Positions 13,000 to 25,409 are shown, counted from the stretch's first letter. The stretch is DNA of 64,000 bases from Mobula hypostoma (GCF_963921235.1 NC_086097.1:118670001-118734000), one strand, 5' to 3'. Translations and numbers: made by a program. The notes: generated from the letters alone by a model not told the origin.

Positions 13000-13614
13000 T
13001 CAGTGGTCAAGTGCCCCTCCCTTGTGGTAGTTTGCAGCGTCTACTAAGAGGGTCTCACCCTCAGCTACTTCCCCCAGGCCATACCACAGCTGGGTCTCGT
13101 TTAAATTCAGTTCCGGCTCAAGGCTGCTACACACGTCCTCAGAAGTAACTCGACACGCAGGGTGCCCAGACAATGCCCCCATGAACTCCAGGGTCATTAA
13201 CCAGTCATTGTCTTCTGGGTAATTACTGGCACCGGTACCCCAAATCTCCGGTGCCCTTGCAGTTGTCAACGGTAAATGCTTCAGACACCGGTTGTAAAAC
13301 GAACTGTACAACAACTTGATCTGCACTCCGGGGTCGAGGATGGCTTTAGCATCGCTTCCCTCTATCCATAGCGACACCCTGGGGCGTGGCCCCTCTAAGC
13401 CTTCAGGAATAGGGTCTTTTCCTTTCGGAAGTTCATCGGTACATTGCTGGGAACATGCTTTCCCAGAGACCCCAAGTCGTTCCCCCACTGGGCCTCCGCT
13501 AAGTTTCCCGACACCTCTCTGATCAGCTGAACAACTGAGGGAGAGTCTGAACCCTTGAAATGATCCCCCTGGCACTGCAAGCAATTTAGCCGCCCTCCTA
13601 ACCAGAGAAGACAC
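13000..13614 (-). pseudogene. Gypsy aspartic protease remnant
   Basis: [24 protein letters not shown], a degenerate LLDTGSQV motif. Confidence 0.75.
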
Positions 13615-14099
13615 ACTGAAAACTTGCCCCCCTCTTTCAAGTAACTGACAGCTGTCACTACGGTGTAAATGAACCTGACAGCTCTAACACCGTCACCAGC
13701 CCGCCTATTCAAACTTTCAACCAATCCCTGTCGCTCTCCCTCAACCAAGCACTGCAACTCATCTAACAACTGAGAGATCCGCTCCACCCATGTCTCGCAC
13801 GCCTCCGCCCCTCTTGGGGTGGACACTATCCCAAACGCCAGGCAGAGCCTGCCAGAGCTAGAACAGTTATCCACAGACACTACCTCCAAATCAGAACACT
13901 CTTTCCTCTCTCTCCCAATAGCATGGACAACCCCGAATCCCACCCCCAACTCATCAACGCTAGTCTGAACTCGAGCAAAGACCTCACCCACCACGCACAC
14001 AGCAATAACCAGCAAATAACCCACAGAGACACGTATTACTGATTTAAACAGGGCAACCACACAGCATACCACTAGATCCAATCCCAGATGAGCCCCCAA
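13395..14099 (-). pseudogene. Gypsy Gag remnant (PNMA-like capsid region)
   Basis: PRGAEACETWVERISQLLDELQ..ERQGLVESLNRRA resembles PNMA/Gypsy gag GEExFExW..KRxRLxESLRGPA. Confidence 0.7.
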
Positions 14100-17000
14100 A
14101 TGTAGCCCCCCTGTCCAGCCTCAGTCGCTCAGCTCGCTGTCTTCTAGAGAAGCAGCTCTCGGCCCCGCCAAACTGGATAACAGTTTGTGTGGATGCTGTG
14201 TGATGTACCCCACCCCACCCAAATAACGGACAATACACCAGATACGATGAACTGATTTACGGTTTATAGATATTACTGGAACTATATAATTAATAGAGAA
14301 TAAAATATAAAAGGAAAATAAAAAGCACCACCCTTATCAAAGTTCAATCTCTTCGCGCACAAACTGTTGGAGCTCAGGACCCTCCTTCTTCACTCTGCAA
14401 TCCCCTTGGACCACCTCGACCTGCCACCTGGGACCAACAATGGTGATCAACCAAACACTCCACATGAGTCCGTCTCCGTCTCCTCTCCTCAAACTCTTGC
14501 TCGGGGTCCAACCCCATTAGTGGACTCACAGCACCTGGTCCATCCTCTGTCTCTCTCTCTCCCGCCTTCTCCCAAAAACCCGCACATCACACTAACTTAC
14601 AGACACACAGAAAATATAGCATCTATCCCAATTGGTTTGTTCACCATCTTATCAGTAACATAATCCAAACAAACTGATTGTGGGAGGACTTTCTCAGCAG
14701 TTAACATAACAAAGAAGCCATTTCAATGATAACATAACAAGGAAGCCATTTTAATTAGACTACACAGTAACATAAAAGAAGAAACCCCTTACAAAGATAA
14801 GGGATGATGTGGAATGTGTGCCATTCAATTAACAGGAGGTTTCCTTTGTGAGGGACAATAACGTTGGGCTTGAGGTTTTCTTTGTATCAGGAGATGAAGA
14901 GAGAAGACGCTGGGGATAACGGGTCATAGCATACAATCGGTGGGAGACCTGCTTGTTTGAGATGGATTGTGATCAACGTTTGGAAGGTGGTGTGTGCTTT
15001 CACATGGATCGAGAGTCCAGTGCATGAGTGACAGAGAAATTCAAGATGAGCTCCAACTTGTGCATGTTTCACTGTTTAATTAGAATAAGCCCTTTTCTCT
15101 TTGTTTTTCTTTACTAACCTTTCAGTTAAGATTCATAAATAGAATTCTTTCAATCGTATGCAGTGTACCGTCTGTTATTTGGTGGCACTAATTTGTAACA
15201 GGGTAGCAAATGACACAACATCCACACAAAACGAGGTTTGGGTTGGAATCAAGCACACCTCAATTTCACAAGTTTGGCAGGGTTTTCTTCCATAGATTTA
15301 TGCAGCCAAAAAAAACAGGGTGTTTCACAAATATACAACATCTACTGCATCTCCTTTATCTATCCAACTTGTAACCTCGTCAGAGAATTCCAGCAGGTTC
15401 CATCAGGCAAGATTTTCCCTTGATGAAACCTCAAGGACTTTGCCTTATCTTGTCCTGTGTCCTCTGTCACGTAGTACTCCATTGACTCCAACCTCTTTCC
15501 AACCACTGAGTTCAGGCGAATTCGTCTATTGTTTCATTTTTGCTGTCTTCCTCCTTTCTTAAAGCGTGGAGTGACATTTGCAATTTTCCAGTATTCTGGC
15601 ACCATGCCAGAGTCCAATGAGTTTTGAAGCTTCATTACTAATGTTGCCTCAATCTTTACAGCTACCTCTTTCAGAACCCTAGGATGCAGCTCCTCTGGTC
15701 CAGGTGACTTAAGAACCCTTAGGTCTTCCAGCTTTTTATGCACCTTCTCCCTTGCAATAGTAACTGCTCTCACTTCTCTTCCCTCACACCCTCAACATCT
15801 GGCACATTGCTAATGTCTTCCACGGTGAAGACTGTTGCAAAATACTGATTTAGTTCATCTGCCATCTCCATGTCCCCCATTATTATTTCTCCAGACTTTT
15901 CTTTTAGTGGTCCTATAATCACTCACCTCTCTCTTTTATTTTTTCATAGTTAAGAAGCTTTTACTATCCACCTTGATATTGTTTGCTCGCTTGGTTTCAT
16001 ATTTCATCTATTCCCCCAATCATTCTTTCAGTTGCTGTCTGTCAATTTTTAAAACCTTCCCAACCCTCTATCTTCCTATTAATTTTTGCTTTGTTGTATG
16101 CCCTTTCTTTTGCTTTTACATTAGCTTTGACTTCCTTTGAGTATTTCATTGTTTTTGGAATATATGTATCCTGTGTTCTCCTAATTTTTTCCCAGAAACT
16201 CACACCATTGCTATTCTGCTGTCATCCCTGCCAGCAGCTCCTTCCAATTTACTTTGGCCAACTCCTCTCTCATGCCACTGTAATTTCCTTTACTCTGCTG
16301 AAATACTGCTATGTTACTCTTTATCTTCTCCCTATCAAATTTCAAGTTAAAATCAATCATATTGTAATCACTGTCCCCTAAGAGTTCTTTTACCTTAAGC
16401 TCCCTAATCATCTCCAGTTCATTACATGACACCCAAATAGCTGATCCCCTAGTAGGCTCAACGACTAGGCTAAAAACTATCTCATAGGCATTTAACAAAC
16501 TCACCCTCTTGAGATCCATTTCTGACCTAATTTCCCCAATCTACCTGAATGTTGATACCTCTCATACTATCACAACATTGTCCTTTTGAATCACCTTTTC
16601 TGTTTCCCATTGTAATCTGTGGTCCACATCCCAGCTACTGCTGGGAGGTCTGTAAGCATCTGCCATCAGTGTCCTTTCATCCTTGTCGTTTCATAACTCA
16701 ACCCACAAGGATTCAACATCTTCTGATCCTATGATTTGATGCCATTCTTTACCAGCAGAGCCATGCCACCCTTTCTGTCTGCCTTCCTACCCCTCTGATG
16801 CAAAGCATAACCATGGACATTTAGCTCCATCTACAACCATCCTTCATCCATAATTCAGTGATGACCACAACATCACACCTGACAATCTGTAATAGTGCAA
16901 CAAGATTATCCACCTTATTTTTTTATACTCAGTGCATTGAAATATAATACTTTGAGTGCTGTATTTGCTACTCTTTTTGAATCTACATCTCTAATGCACT

Positions 17001-18079
17001 GATAGTCACCCTGCTGGCTGCAATTTTGTCATCTGCCTGCCCTTCCTAACAGTCTGACTGCATGCTATCTTTGCTTTTTTACCATCTGTCCTATCCTGAG
17101 TCTCTTCATTTCAGTTCCCAACTACCTACAAAATTAGTTTAAACTTAAACCATCTCTAACAGCTCTAACAAACCTATCCATGAAGATATTGGCCCCCCAC
17201 GGGTTCAGCTGCAATCTCTCACTTTTGTACAGGTCATACCCTCCCCAGAAGAGATCCCAATGATCCAAGAACCTGAAGCTCTGCCCTCTGTACCAGCTTC
17301 TCAACAATGCATTTATCTGGCAAATCATCCTGTTTCTACCCTCACTGGCGCATGGCACAGGCGCTAATCCAGAAATTGCTTCCCTGGAGGTCCTGCTTCT
17401 CAGCTTTCTGCCTAGCTCTCTAAATTCACTTTTCAGGACCTCTGGTTTTCCTTCTTATGTTGTTGATACCAATATGTACCAAGACATCTGGCTGCTCTCC
17501 CTCCCCCTCCAAAATGTCATGGATGTGATCTGAGACGTGCCTGACCCTGGGGCTTGGGAAGCAACATTCACATCCACAGAATTTCTTGTCTGTCTCCCTA
17601 ACTATTAAGTCACTTATCACTACCGTTTCCCCCTTCCCCCTCTTTTCCTTCTGCACCACGGACCCATGTTCAACTCCAGTAACCCGGTCTCTATGGCACT
17701 CCCATGGGAGGTCATTCCCCACAACAGTATCCAAAATGTTATACTTATTTTTGAGGGGAATTACCACAAGGTGCTGTGTTAATTGCCTATACACATTTCC
17801 GTTTTTCCTGACAGTCACCCAACTACTCGCCTCCTGCGACTTAGGGGTGACTACCTCCTTGTAACTCTGATCGATTATCTCCTCATTCTCCCGTGCAAGC
17901 CAAAGTTCATCCAGCTGCTGCTTCAGATCCCTAACACAGTCTACAAGGAGCTACTGCTGGATGCACTTCATCCAGATGTAGTTCCCTGGGAGACTCTGGT
18001 TCTGCCAGGACGTCAACATCCACATGAAGAACAACAGAGGAAACCCAAGAATTTGCCTGTAGAGTATCCGAGGAAATCC

Positions 18080-18245
18080 TCTACCAGCATTCTTCAAACC
18101 CTCCCCAAAGTTCCTCCTTCAGTCCTGACGAAGGGTTTCGGCCCGAAACGTCGACTAATCTTTTCAACTGATGCTGACTGACCTGCTGAGTTCCTCCAGC
18201 GCATTGTGAGTGTTCCTTTGACAACAGCATCTGCAGATTATTTTG
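18080..18245 (+). mobile_element. Penelope-like terminal fragment
   Basis: Same terminal sequence as the PLE copies with RT/GIY-YIG at 40870-42815. Confidence 0.75.
18121..18156 (+). ncRNA. Minimal type I hammerhead ribozyme motif
   Basis: Stem I agtc/gact; core CTGACGA; stem II GGGT-TTCG-GCCC; GAAA; palindromic ACGT mini stem III; GTC cleavage triplet ending at 18152. Confidence 0.75.
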
Positions 18246-18254
18246 TGTTTGTAT

Positions 18255-18434
18255 TGTGTAGTGTTGTGTTGCTGTTGTGATAAACATTGTTGGCATGCTA
18301 TGTTGGTATTGGAATGTGTGACGACACTTGTGGGTTCCCCACAGCACATCCTTGGGAGTGTTGTAATTGCAAACAACGCATTTCACAGTATGCTTCGATG
18401 TACATGTAAAAAATAAATCTGAATCTCAATCTGA
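18255..18434 (+). repeat. Short non-LTR 3' tail repeat ending (aatctg)n
   Basis: Related copies at 36460-36560, 61545-61725 and (minus strand) about 24530-24840. Confidence 0.6.
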
Positions 18435-18702
18435 CATGTCTTTAGGTACAATATAAAAGTAAAAAGGATTCAGCCAAGTATATCATTTGCCTATCACACA
18501 TTACAAAGAGGGAAGCGGTTCTAAAAACTACCAATATGATGACTACAGTCATTAGGCTCTCTACTACTGCAATCCACAGCTGGTGTTCCTTCTTCGTTCA
18601 GCAGTTCAGGATCAAGGCACAGTCTGCCAGAATGTCTTCATAAGCGAAGAATCTTAGCATTTCAGACAAGCTACCAGGTAGAATAAAACAGGTGGCTTTT
18701 TA

Positions 18703-19246
18703 TGTCGTGTTTCGTAACTTCAAAATAGGAAACCATTCAAAAGAAGACATCGGAGTCTGAAATGCAGGTCTAACTTTCATACCAGAGGGCATGTGTTGAA
18801 GGTGAGAGGGGATAGATTCAAAGGGGATGTAAGAAGTAAGTTTTTTACTCAAGGAATGATGGAGGCCTGGAATGTGCTGCCTGGTACGGTGGTATGGGTA
18901 AGTACGTTAGAGGCTTTTAAGAGATGTTTAGATAGGCACAGGAATGTGAGGAAGATGGAGGGATACGGACATTGTATAGGTGGTTGTGGGGATTAGCTTC
19001 TGGGGGCTTTTGATTTACTTTTTAGCTGGTTCAGCACAACATTGTGTGTTGAAGGGCCTGTTTCTGTGCTGTACTCTTCTGTGTTCTATGGACTTTAAGT
19101 GAGGCGAACACATATCATATGACGTATGCAATTAATATCTTTTTACATTTAACCTGCAATTAATTATTTAAACAAAATATAATGCTTAATCAATCAATAT
19201 ATATACAAGATGTCTCAAATGTTAACTAGATGTTAAATACACAACA
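18703..19246. mobile_element. Solo LTR (same family as LTRs at 37180 and 48724) with a CR1 3' fragment inserted at about 18780-19090
   Basis: tg...taacttcaaaa...aaatacacaaca termini shared with 37180-37453 and 48724-48977; insert encodes KVRGDRFKGDVRSKFFTQ. Confidence 0.75.
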
Positions 19247-20185
19247 GTTTTCTATTGTGCGCAGAATATCACAAGGGACTATAAATGAAGGACATTGAGC
19301 CTCACAATTGAAGAATATACCTCTTTTACAACGTGCCTTCAATGTTGCAATGGATATAAATGAAAGGACATGATAGAGAACCTAAGTATTCAAGCCTTTC
19401 ATCAGATTCTAAAACAACAGGCCTGTTTCCTCTGCAATTTAAATGTTTAAGTAGTAAGTTAATTGGCAATTTCAATATATTACTTGCAGCTAATAGTGTG
19501 GAGTTGAGGAAGTATTGGCTGGAATTAAAGGCCTCAGCAGAAGACTTAGAACTCAAGTCTTTAGATATCAAAATAGGAAGCAGTCCACATATGAAGAATG
19601 ATGGAAGCTTGAAACTCAATCTGTAACAGTCAGCAGTGGACTATTTGTGATTAGTCAATTATTAACTTTTAATTTTATGTGAATAAACTTAGGTAAACCA
19701 ACGATGTGATGATAAAGATGGAAAAACTTTAGATTACAGATCAGTTATAATCTCAGTGAATAATGGAACAGACTAAAAGGACTAAATCTATTACTCCTGT
19801 TTCTCATTTCCTATATTCCTGAATTAGCGCCCTGGATTATTTTCTTAAATAGGAATAAAGGGCAGAATGAACTAAAAAAATGCACTTTGTGCCCTAATTT
19901 AAAATAGGTCACCTTATTTATAAGTCTATTATTTTAGATCTGACATGTTCACTAATGCAATTTACTTATAAGATTTTACTGATTCTTGATTCAACTGGTA
20001 TTTCTACCGTGTAATCTTATGAATTATTTTCTTATACTGTATAGATGTCAAATATATTATTTTCCAATTAGACGTTTATCAAATATATCATTGAAATGAA
20101 CAATATATGGCTGAAACACTTCCAGACTAATCAAAGGGAAAATAAAGTAAAGACTAGTTAGTGAGCCAATTCACAATGATCTTAA

Positions 20186-21360
20186 AGAACATAGAATGTA
20201 GAATAGTACAGCACAGTACAGGCCCTTCGGCCCACATTGTTGTGCGGACCCTCAAATCCTGTCTGCCATATAACCCCCCACCTTAAATTCCTCCATATAC
20301 CTGTCTAGTTGTCTCTTAAATTTCACTAGTGTATCTGCCTCCACCACCGAATCAGGCAGTGTATTCCACGCACGAACCACTCTCTGAGTAAAAAATCTTA
20401 CTCTAATATCCCCCTTGAGCTTCCCACCCCTTACCTTAAAGCCATGTCCTCTTGTATTGAGCAGTGGTGCCCTGGGGAAGAGGCATTGGCTATCCACTCT
20501 ATCTATTCCTCTTAATATTTTGTATACCTCTAACATGTCTCCTCTCATCCTCCTTCTCTCCAAAGAGTAAAGCCCTAGCTCCCTTAATCTCTGATCATAA
20601 TCCATACTCTCTAAACCAGGCAGCATTCTGGTAAATCTCCTCTGTCCCCTTTCCAATGCTTCCACGTTCTTCCTATAGTGAGGCGACCAGAACTGGACAC
20701 AATACTCCAAGTGTGGCCTAACCAAAGTTTTATAGAGCTGCATCATTACATCGCGACTCTTAAACTCTATCCCCCGACTTATGAAAGCTAACATCCCATA
20801 AGCTTTCTTAACTACCCTATCCACCTGTAAGGCAACTTTCAGGGATCTGTGGACATGTACCCCCAGATCCCTCTGCTCCTCCACACTACCAAGTATCCTG
20901 CCATTTACTTTGTACTCTGCCTTGGAGTTTGTCCTTCCAAAGTGTACCACCTCACACTTCTCCGGGTTGAACTCCATCTGCCACTTCTCAGCGCACTTCT
21001 GTATCCTATCAATGTCTCTCTGCAATCTTTGACAATCCTCTACACTATCTACAACACCACCAACCTTTGTGTCATCTGCAAACTTGCCAACCCACCCTTC
21101 TACCCCTACATCCAGGTCGTTAATAAAAATCACGAAAAGTAGAGGTCCCAGAACAGATCCTTGTGGGACACCACTAGTCACAATCCTCCATTCTGAATGT
21201 ACTCCCTCCACCATGACCCTCTGCCTTCTACAGGCAAGCCAATTCTGAATCCACCTGGCCAAACTTCCCTGGATCCCATGCCTTCTGACTATCTGAATAT
21301 GCCTACCATGTGGAACCTTGTCAAATGCATTAGTAAAATCAATATAGATCACATCCACTT
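20186..21360 (-). mobile_element. 5'-truncated CR1 LINE with an uninterrupted 368-aa RT C-terminal ORF
   Basis: ORF 20252-21358: [40 protein letters not shown]; ttctat-type tail. Confidence 0.95.
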
Positions 21361-21415
21361 ATATTCAGGGGGAATATTATTTTAGCAGGCAAGAGTAATA
21401 AACAAGATGGAGACA

Positions 21416-22460
21416 TGCAACACACATAAAAGTTGCTGGTGAACGCAGCAGGCCAGGCAGCATCTATAGGAAGAGGTACAGTCGACGTTTCAGGCCGAGA
21501 CCCTTCATCAGGCCTAACTGAAAGAAGAGATAGTAAGAGATTTGAAAGTGGGAGGGGGAGGAGAAGATCCAAAATGATAGGAGAAGACAGGAGAGGGAAG
21601 GGATGGAGCTAAGAGCTGGAAAGTTGATTGGCAAAAGAGATATGAGAGGATCATGCGACGGACGGGAGGCCTAGGGAGAAAGAAAGGGAGAGGGGGAAGC
21701 CCAGAGAATGGGCAAGGAGTATAGTGAAATTGACAGAGGGAGAAAAAGGAGAGAGACAAAAAAATAATAATTAATTAATAACAGATGGGGTACGAAGGGG
21801 AGGTGGGGCATTAACAGAAGTTTGAGAAGTCAATGTTCATGCCATCAGGTTGAATACTACCCAGATGGAATATAAGGTGTTGTTCCTCCAACCTGAGTGT
21901 GGCTTCATCTTTACAGTAGAGGAGGCCGTGGATAGACATATCAGAATGGGAATGGGACGTGGAAATAAAATGTGTGGCCACTGGGAGATCCTACTTTCTC
22001 TGGCAGACCGAGCGTAGGTGTTCAGTGAAACGGTCTCCCAGTCTGCGCCGGGTCTCACCAATATATAGAAGGCCACATCGGGAGCACCGGACGCAGTATA
22101 TCACCCCAGCCGACTCACAGGTGAAGTGTCGCCTCACCTGGAAGGACTGTCTAGGGCCTTGAATGGTGGTGAGGGAGAAAGTGTAAGGGCATGTGTAGCA
22201 CTTGTTCCACTTACAAGGATAATTTCCGGGAGGAAGATCAGTGGGAAGGGATGGGGGGAGCGACTGGATAGGGGAGTCGCATAGGGAGCGATCCCTGCGG
22301 AAAGTAGAGGGGCGGGAAGGGAAAGATGTGCTTAGTGATCCCATTGGATCCTGTTGGAGGTGGCAGAAGTTACGGAGAATAATATGTTGGACCCGGAGGC
22401 TGGTGAGGTGGTAGGTGAGGACAAGGGGAACCCTATTCCTAGTGGGGTGGTGGGAGGATA
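21416..22460 (-). mobile_element. Penelope-like element 3' part (GIY-YIG region and terminus)
   Basis: ORF 21991-22503 has VIYCVRCSRCGLLYIGETRRRLGDRFTEH. Confidence 0.9.
21479..21518 (-). ncRNA. Hammerhead ribozyme motif (PLE terminus)
   Basis: Reverse complement reads ggc-CTGATGA-a-gggtctcggcct-GAAA-cgtc-gact; stem I has a mismatch. Confidence 0.6.
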
Positions 22461-23070
22461 CGCTCTGTCCACCAGAGAAAGCAGGATCTCCCAGTGGCCA
22501 CACATTTTAATTCCACATCCCATTCCCATTCTGATATGTCTATCCACGGCCTCCTCTGCTGTCAAGATGAAGCCACACTCAGGTTGGAGGAACAACACCT
22601 TACTTTCCGTCTGGGTAGCCTCCAACCTGATGGCATGAACATCGACTTCTCTAACTTCCGCTAAGGCCCACCTCCCCCTCGTACCCCATCTGTTACTTAT
22701 TTTTATGCACACATTCTATCTCTCACTCTCATTTTTCTCCCTCTGTCCCTCTGAATATACCCCTTGCCCATCCTCTGGGTCACCCCCCCCTTGTCTTTCT
22801 TCCCGGACCTACTGTCCCATGATCCTCTCGTATCCCCTTTTGCCTATCACCTGTCCAGCTCTTGGCTCCATCCCTCCCCCTCCTGTCTTCTCCTATCATT
22901 TTGGATCCCCCCCTTCCCCTCCCACTTTCAAATCTCTTACTAACTCTTCCTTCAGTTAGTCCTGACGAAAGGTCTCGGCCTGAAACGTCGACTGTACCTC
23001 TTCCTAGAGATGCTGCCTGGCCTGCTGCACTCACCAGCAATTTTCATGTGTGTTGCTTGAAATTCCAGCC
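22461..23070 (+). mobile_element. Penelope-like element terminal segment, inverted relative to 21416-22460
   Basis: Reverse-complement match of about 600 bp to 21416-22010. Confidence 0.88.
22958..22993 (+). ncRNA. Hammerhead ribozyme motif (PLE terminus)
   Basis: agtc-CTGACGA-a-AGGT-ctcg-GCCT-GAAA-cgtc-gact. Confidence 0.72.
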
Positions 23071-23086
23071 CCTGCACGTGCTGGGG

Positions 23087-23670
23087 TCAGAATCAGAATC
23101 GGAAATAGGTTGATCATCACTGACAAATGGCATTAAATGTGTTATTTTGTGTCGGCTGTACAGTGCAATACATGAACATCACTGTAAGTTACCATTACAA
23201 AACTGTGACATAAAAAGTGGTGCAATAAGAGAGCAAAACAATGAGTTAGTGTTCATGAGTTCATGGACCATTTAGAAACCTGATGGAAGTAGGGTGAAAG
23301 CTGCTTTCAAGGCTTTGAGTGTGTGTCTTCATGCTCCTGTACCTCCTCCCTCATGGCAGTAATGAGAAGATGTCATGCCCTGCATGGTGAGGATCCTTAC
23401 CGTGAGGATGCTGCCTTCTTGTGGCAGCACATTTTGAAGATGAGGGGAGGCTAGTGGCCATGATGGAGCTGGCTGAATTCGCAACCTATATAGACTTTTT
23501 AGATCTTATGCATTGGTACTTCCATACCAGACAAAATGCTCACCAAGGAACATTTATAAAAATTTGCCAAAGTATTTGGTGACATATCTAATATCCTTAA
23601 ACTCATTGTGAAATATAACTGCTGGCACGCCTTCTTTGTAGTTACATTAATATGTTGAGATCTGGACCAA
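23087..23670 (-). mobile_element. Rex1-like LINE 3' fragment
   Basis: KKACQQLYF..TLANFYKC..SIL (Rex1-type C-terminal motif); (tctgat)n tail. Confidence 0.7.
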
Positions 23671-23671
23671 A

Positions 23672-24175
23672 AAAACAAAATTACTGGAAGAATGTAATAG
23701 GTCAAACAACATTTGTGAAGGGAAAGAATCTGTTGGCCATTCTGCATAGACCCTGCATTAAGACTAAGAGTCAAGTGGAAATGCAGTTGGTACAAAGAAG
23801 AGTGGCGGACAGGTGAGGCAAGGACCATGAGCTGATAGGTGGATTGCTGAAAGGAAGGAATAATGGGCAGATGGAGGCATAATGTTGGATTGTAGACTAC
23901 CTACAGAAGGTGGATTGTGAGGTATTGTTCTTCAAATTTCTTTGGCCTCATCCTGACTGTCAAAAGGACGGGGGTTGAGAGGTTGGTGTGAGAAAGGAAA
24001 AGGGAGTGGAAAAGGCTTGCAATCAGGAGGTTAGGATGGCTGTTTCAAGCTGAGTGCATGCATCCTGAAACTTGGGTGTCTGGTTTCTACTTGCTCTCCC
24101 CAGTGTAAAGGAGGCCACATTAGGAGCACCAAATACAGTAGACGAGGTTGGAGAAGGGACATGATATTTGCTTTA
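23672..24175 (-). mobile_element. Highly decayed Penelope-like fragment
   Basis: Patchy similarity to 21420-22140 (aggaggccacat..gagcacc; terminal motif). Confidence 0.5.
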
Positions 24176-25409
24176 CTCATGCATGTAGGCATAACTAATA
24201 AGACTAGTATTTATTGCCCATCACCAATTGCCTTAAGATATTGATAGTGAGCTACCTACTTATACATCCAGAATGGTGCTGTGAAAGGAGTTCCAGGATT
24301 TAATGTGTGACATGGTAGGGGATCTACAGGTGGTGGTTTTCTATGTGACTATTATACTTGCCCTTCTTGGTGGTACTTAAGAACTTCAATAACTTGCAAG
24401 ACAAAGCAGCCTGCTTGATTGGCTCACCATCCTCCAGCATAAATATATACTTCTTTCCACCTTTGACCTACTCTTGCAACAATGTGGGCCATCAATTGTC
24501 AGCTATTCTCTTACTTGAAAAAAATGATTAAAGATTAGAGATGTTAAGGGTTAGCTAAATTTGTCACATATTCATCGAAACAAAGAATGAAATGCGCACT
24601 GTTACGTCAAATCAAATCAACAAGGTAAATCATGAACACAACAGATTCTGCGACACTGGAAATCCAGAGTCACACACACAAAATGATGGAGAAAGTCAGC
24701 AGGTGAGGCAGCATCTATACAGAAAAATCAACAGTCAACAAAGCCTTCTCCTTTCCTTGCCTCCAGCATTTTTCAAATCAGCAAGGATTGTGCTGGGCAG
24801 TCTACAAGTGTTGCCATGCTACCGGCTACAACTGAATAACCCTAACTGTATGTCTTTGGAATGTGGGAGGAAACCCAGGCTGCTTGATAAAGGGCAGTTG
24901 ACTTCAACCCTTTTCAGTTTATTGTTGATTGAAATATCCAAAGATGCTAAATGAATTAGTTATTTCCCATAAGAGGAATTAGCCTGTCTGGATTGGTACA
25001 TCAATTACAGTAGGTGCAATGGGCCAACACTTTGAACATCCTTCACAAAGGAGACCATTGACAAATGCAATGATTTAGAACAAAGAGACGATTCAGTGCA
25101 GTGGTGTTACTTTTTGATCTATCACTGGATGCTGAAAGTATAATTCCTCACACACAAACAAAGGCTCCACATTTAGCAAGATAAGACTAAAATCAGCTAA
25201 GGAACAGTTCTGGAATTTTAAGCGCCTTTTTCTAAACTTCAATGTGGTCGACTCAAATGAGAAAAAACAGAAATGAAAATCTATGGAGTTCTGAGTATAG
25301 CAAGGATTTTCCAAGATGATAACAAGTGGCATTTGTGATGTTTGGGCATTGGTCACCTAACATCGGCTGATTTCCGTGAAAGGGTGAATGCTGTTGCCTC
25401 GCGAGCAAT

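Larger units (their letters stand above)
10729..14793 (-). mobile_element. Non-autonomous Gypsy LTR retrotransposon carrying captured myosin sequence
   Basis: LTRs 14101-14793 (5') and 10729-~11430 (3', inner end deleted); TSD aaga at 10725-10728 and 14794-14797; PBS tgggggctcatctgggat (tRNA-Pro type) next to the 5' LTR; gag, protease and RT remnants. Confidence 0.92.
10621..15327. mobile_element. Solo LTR (~640 bp: 10621-10728 plus 14798-15327) interrupted by a second LTR element
   Basis: Imperfect inverted termini tgtaatgccctg...cagggtgtttca; 4-bp TSD caaa at 10617-10620 and 15328-15331 within CR1. Confidence 0.8.
9452..18035 (-). mobile_element. CR1 LINE, full-length remnant split by an LTR insertion (pieces 9452-10620 and 15328-18035)
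   Basis: RT pieces ([30 protein letters not shown]), APE (EPTRGSA..DSDYNM), ORF1 esterase (VHIGIN; FLDHWDLF); sequence joins across the caaa TSD. Confidence 0.9.

Noticed and set aside
13395..14099. Host PNMA gene
   Set aside because: Lies directly after the PBS within an LTR element and is degenerate; it is gag
19326..19626. Short ORFs in unique sequence (also 26556-26750) as exons
   Set aside because: No recognisable domain or convincing splice and codon pattern; lengths expected by chance
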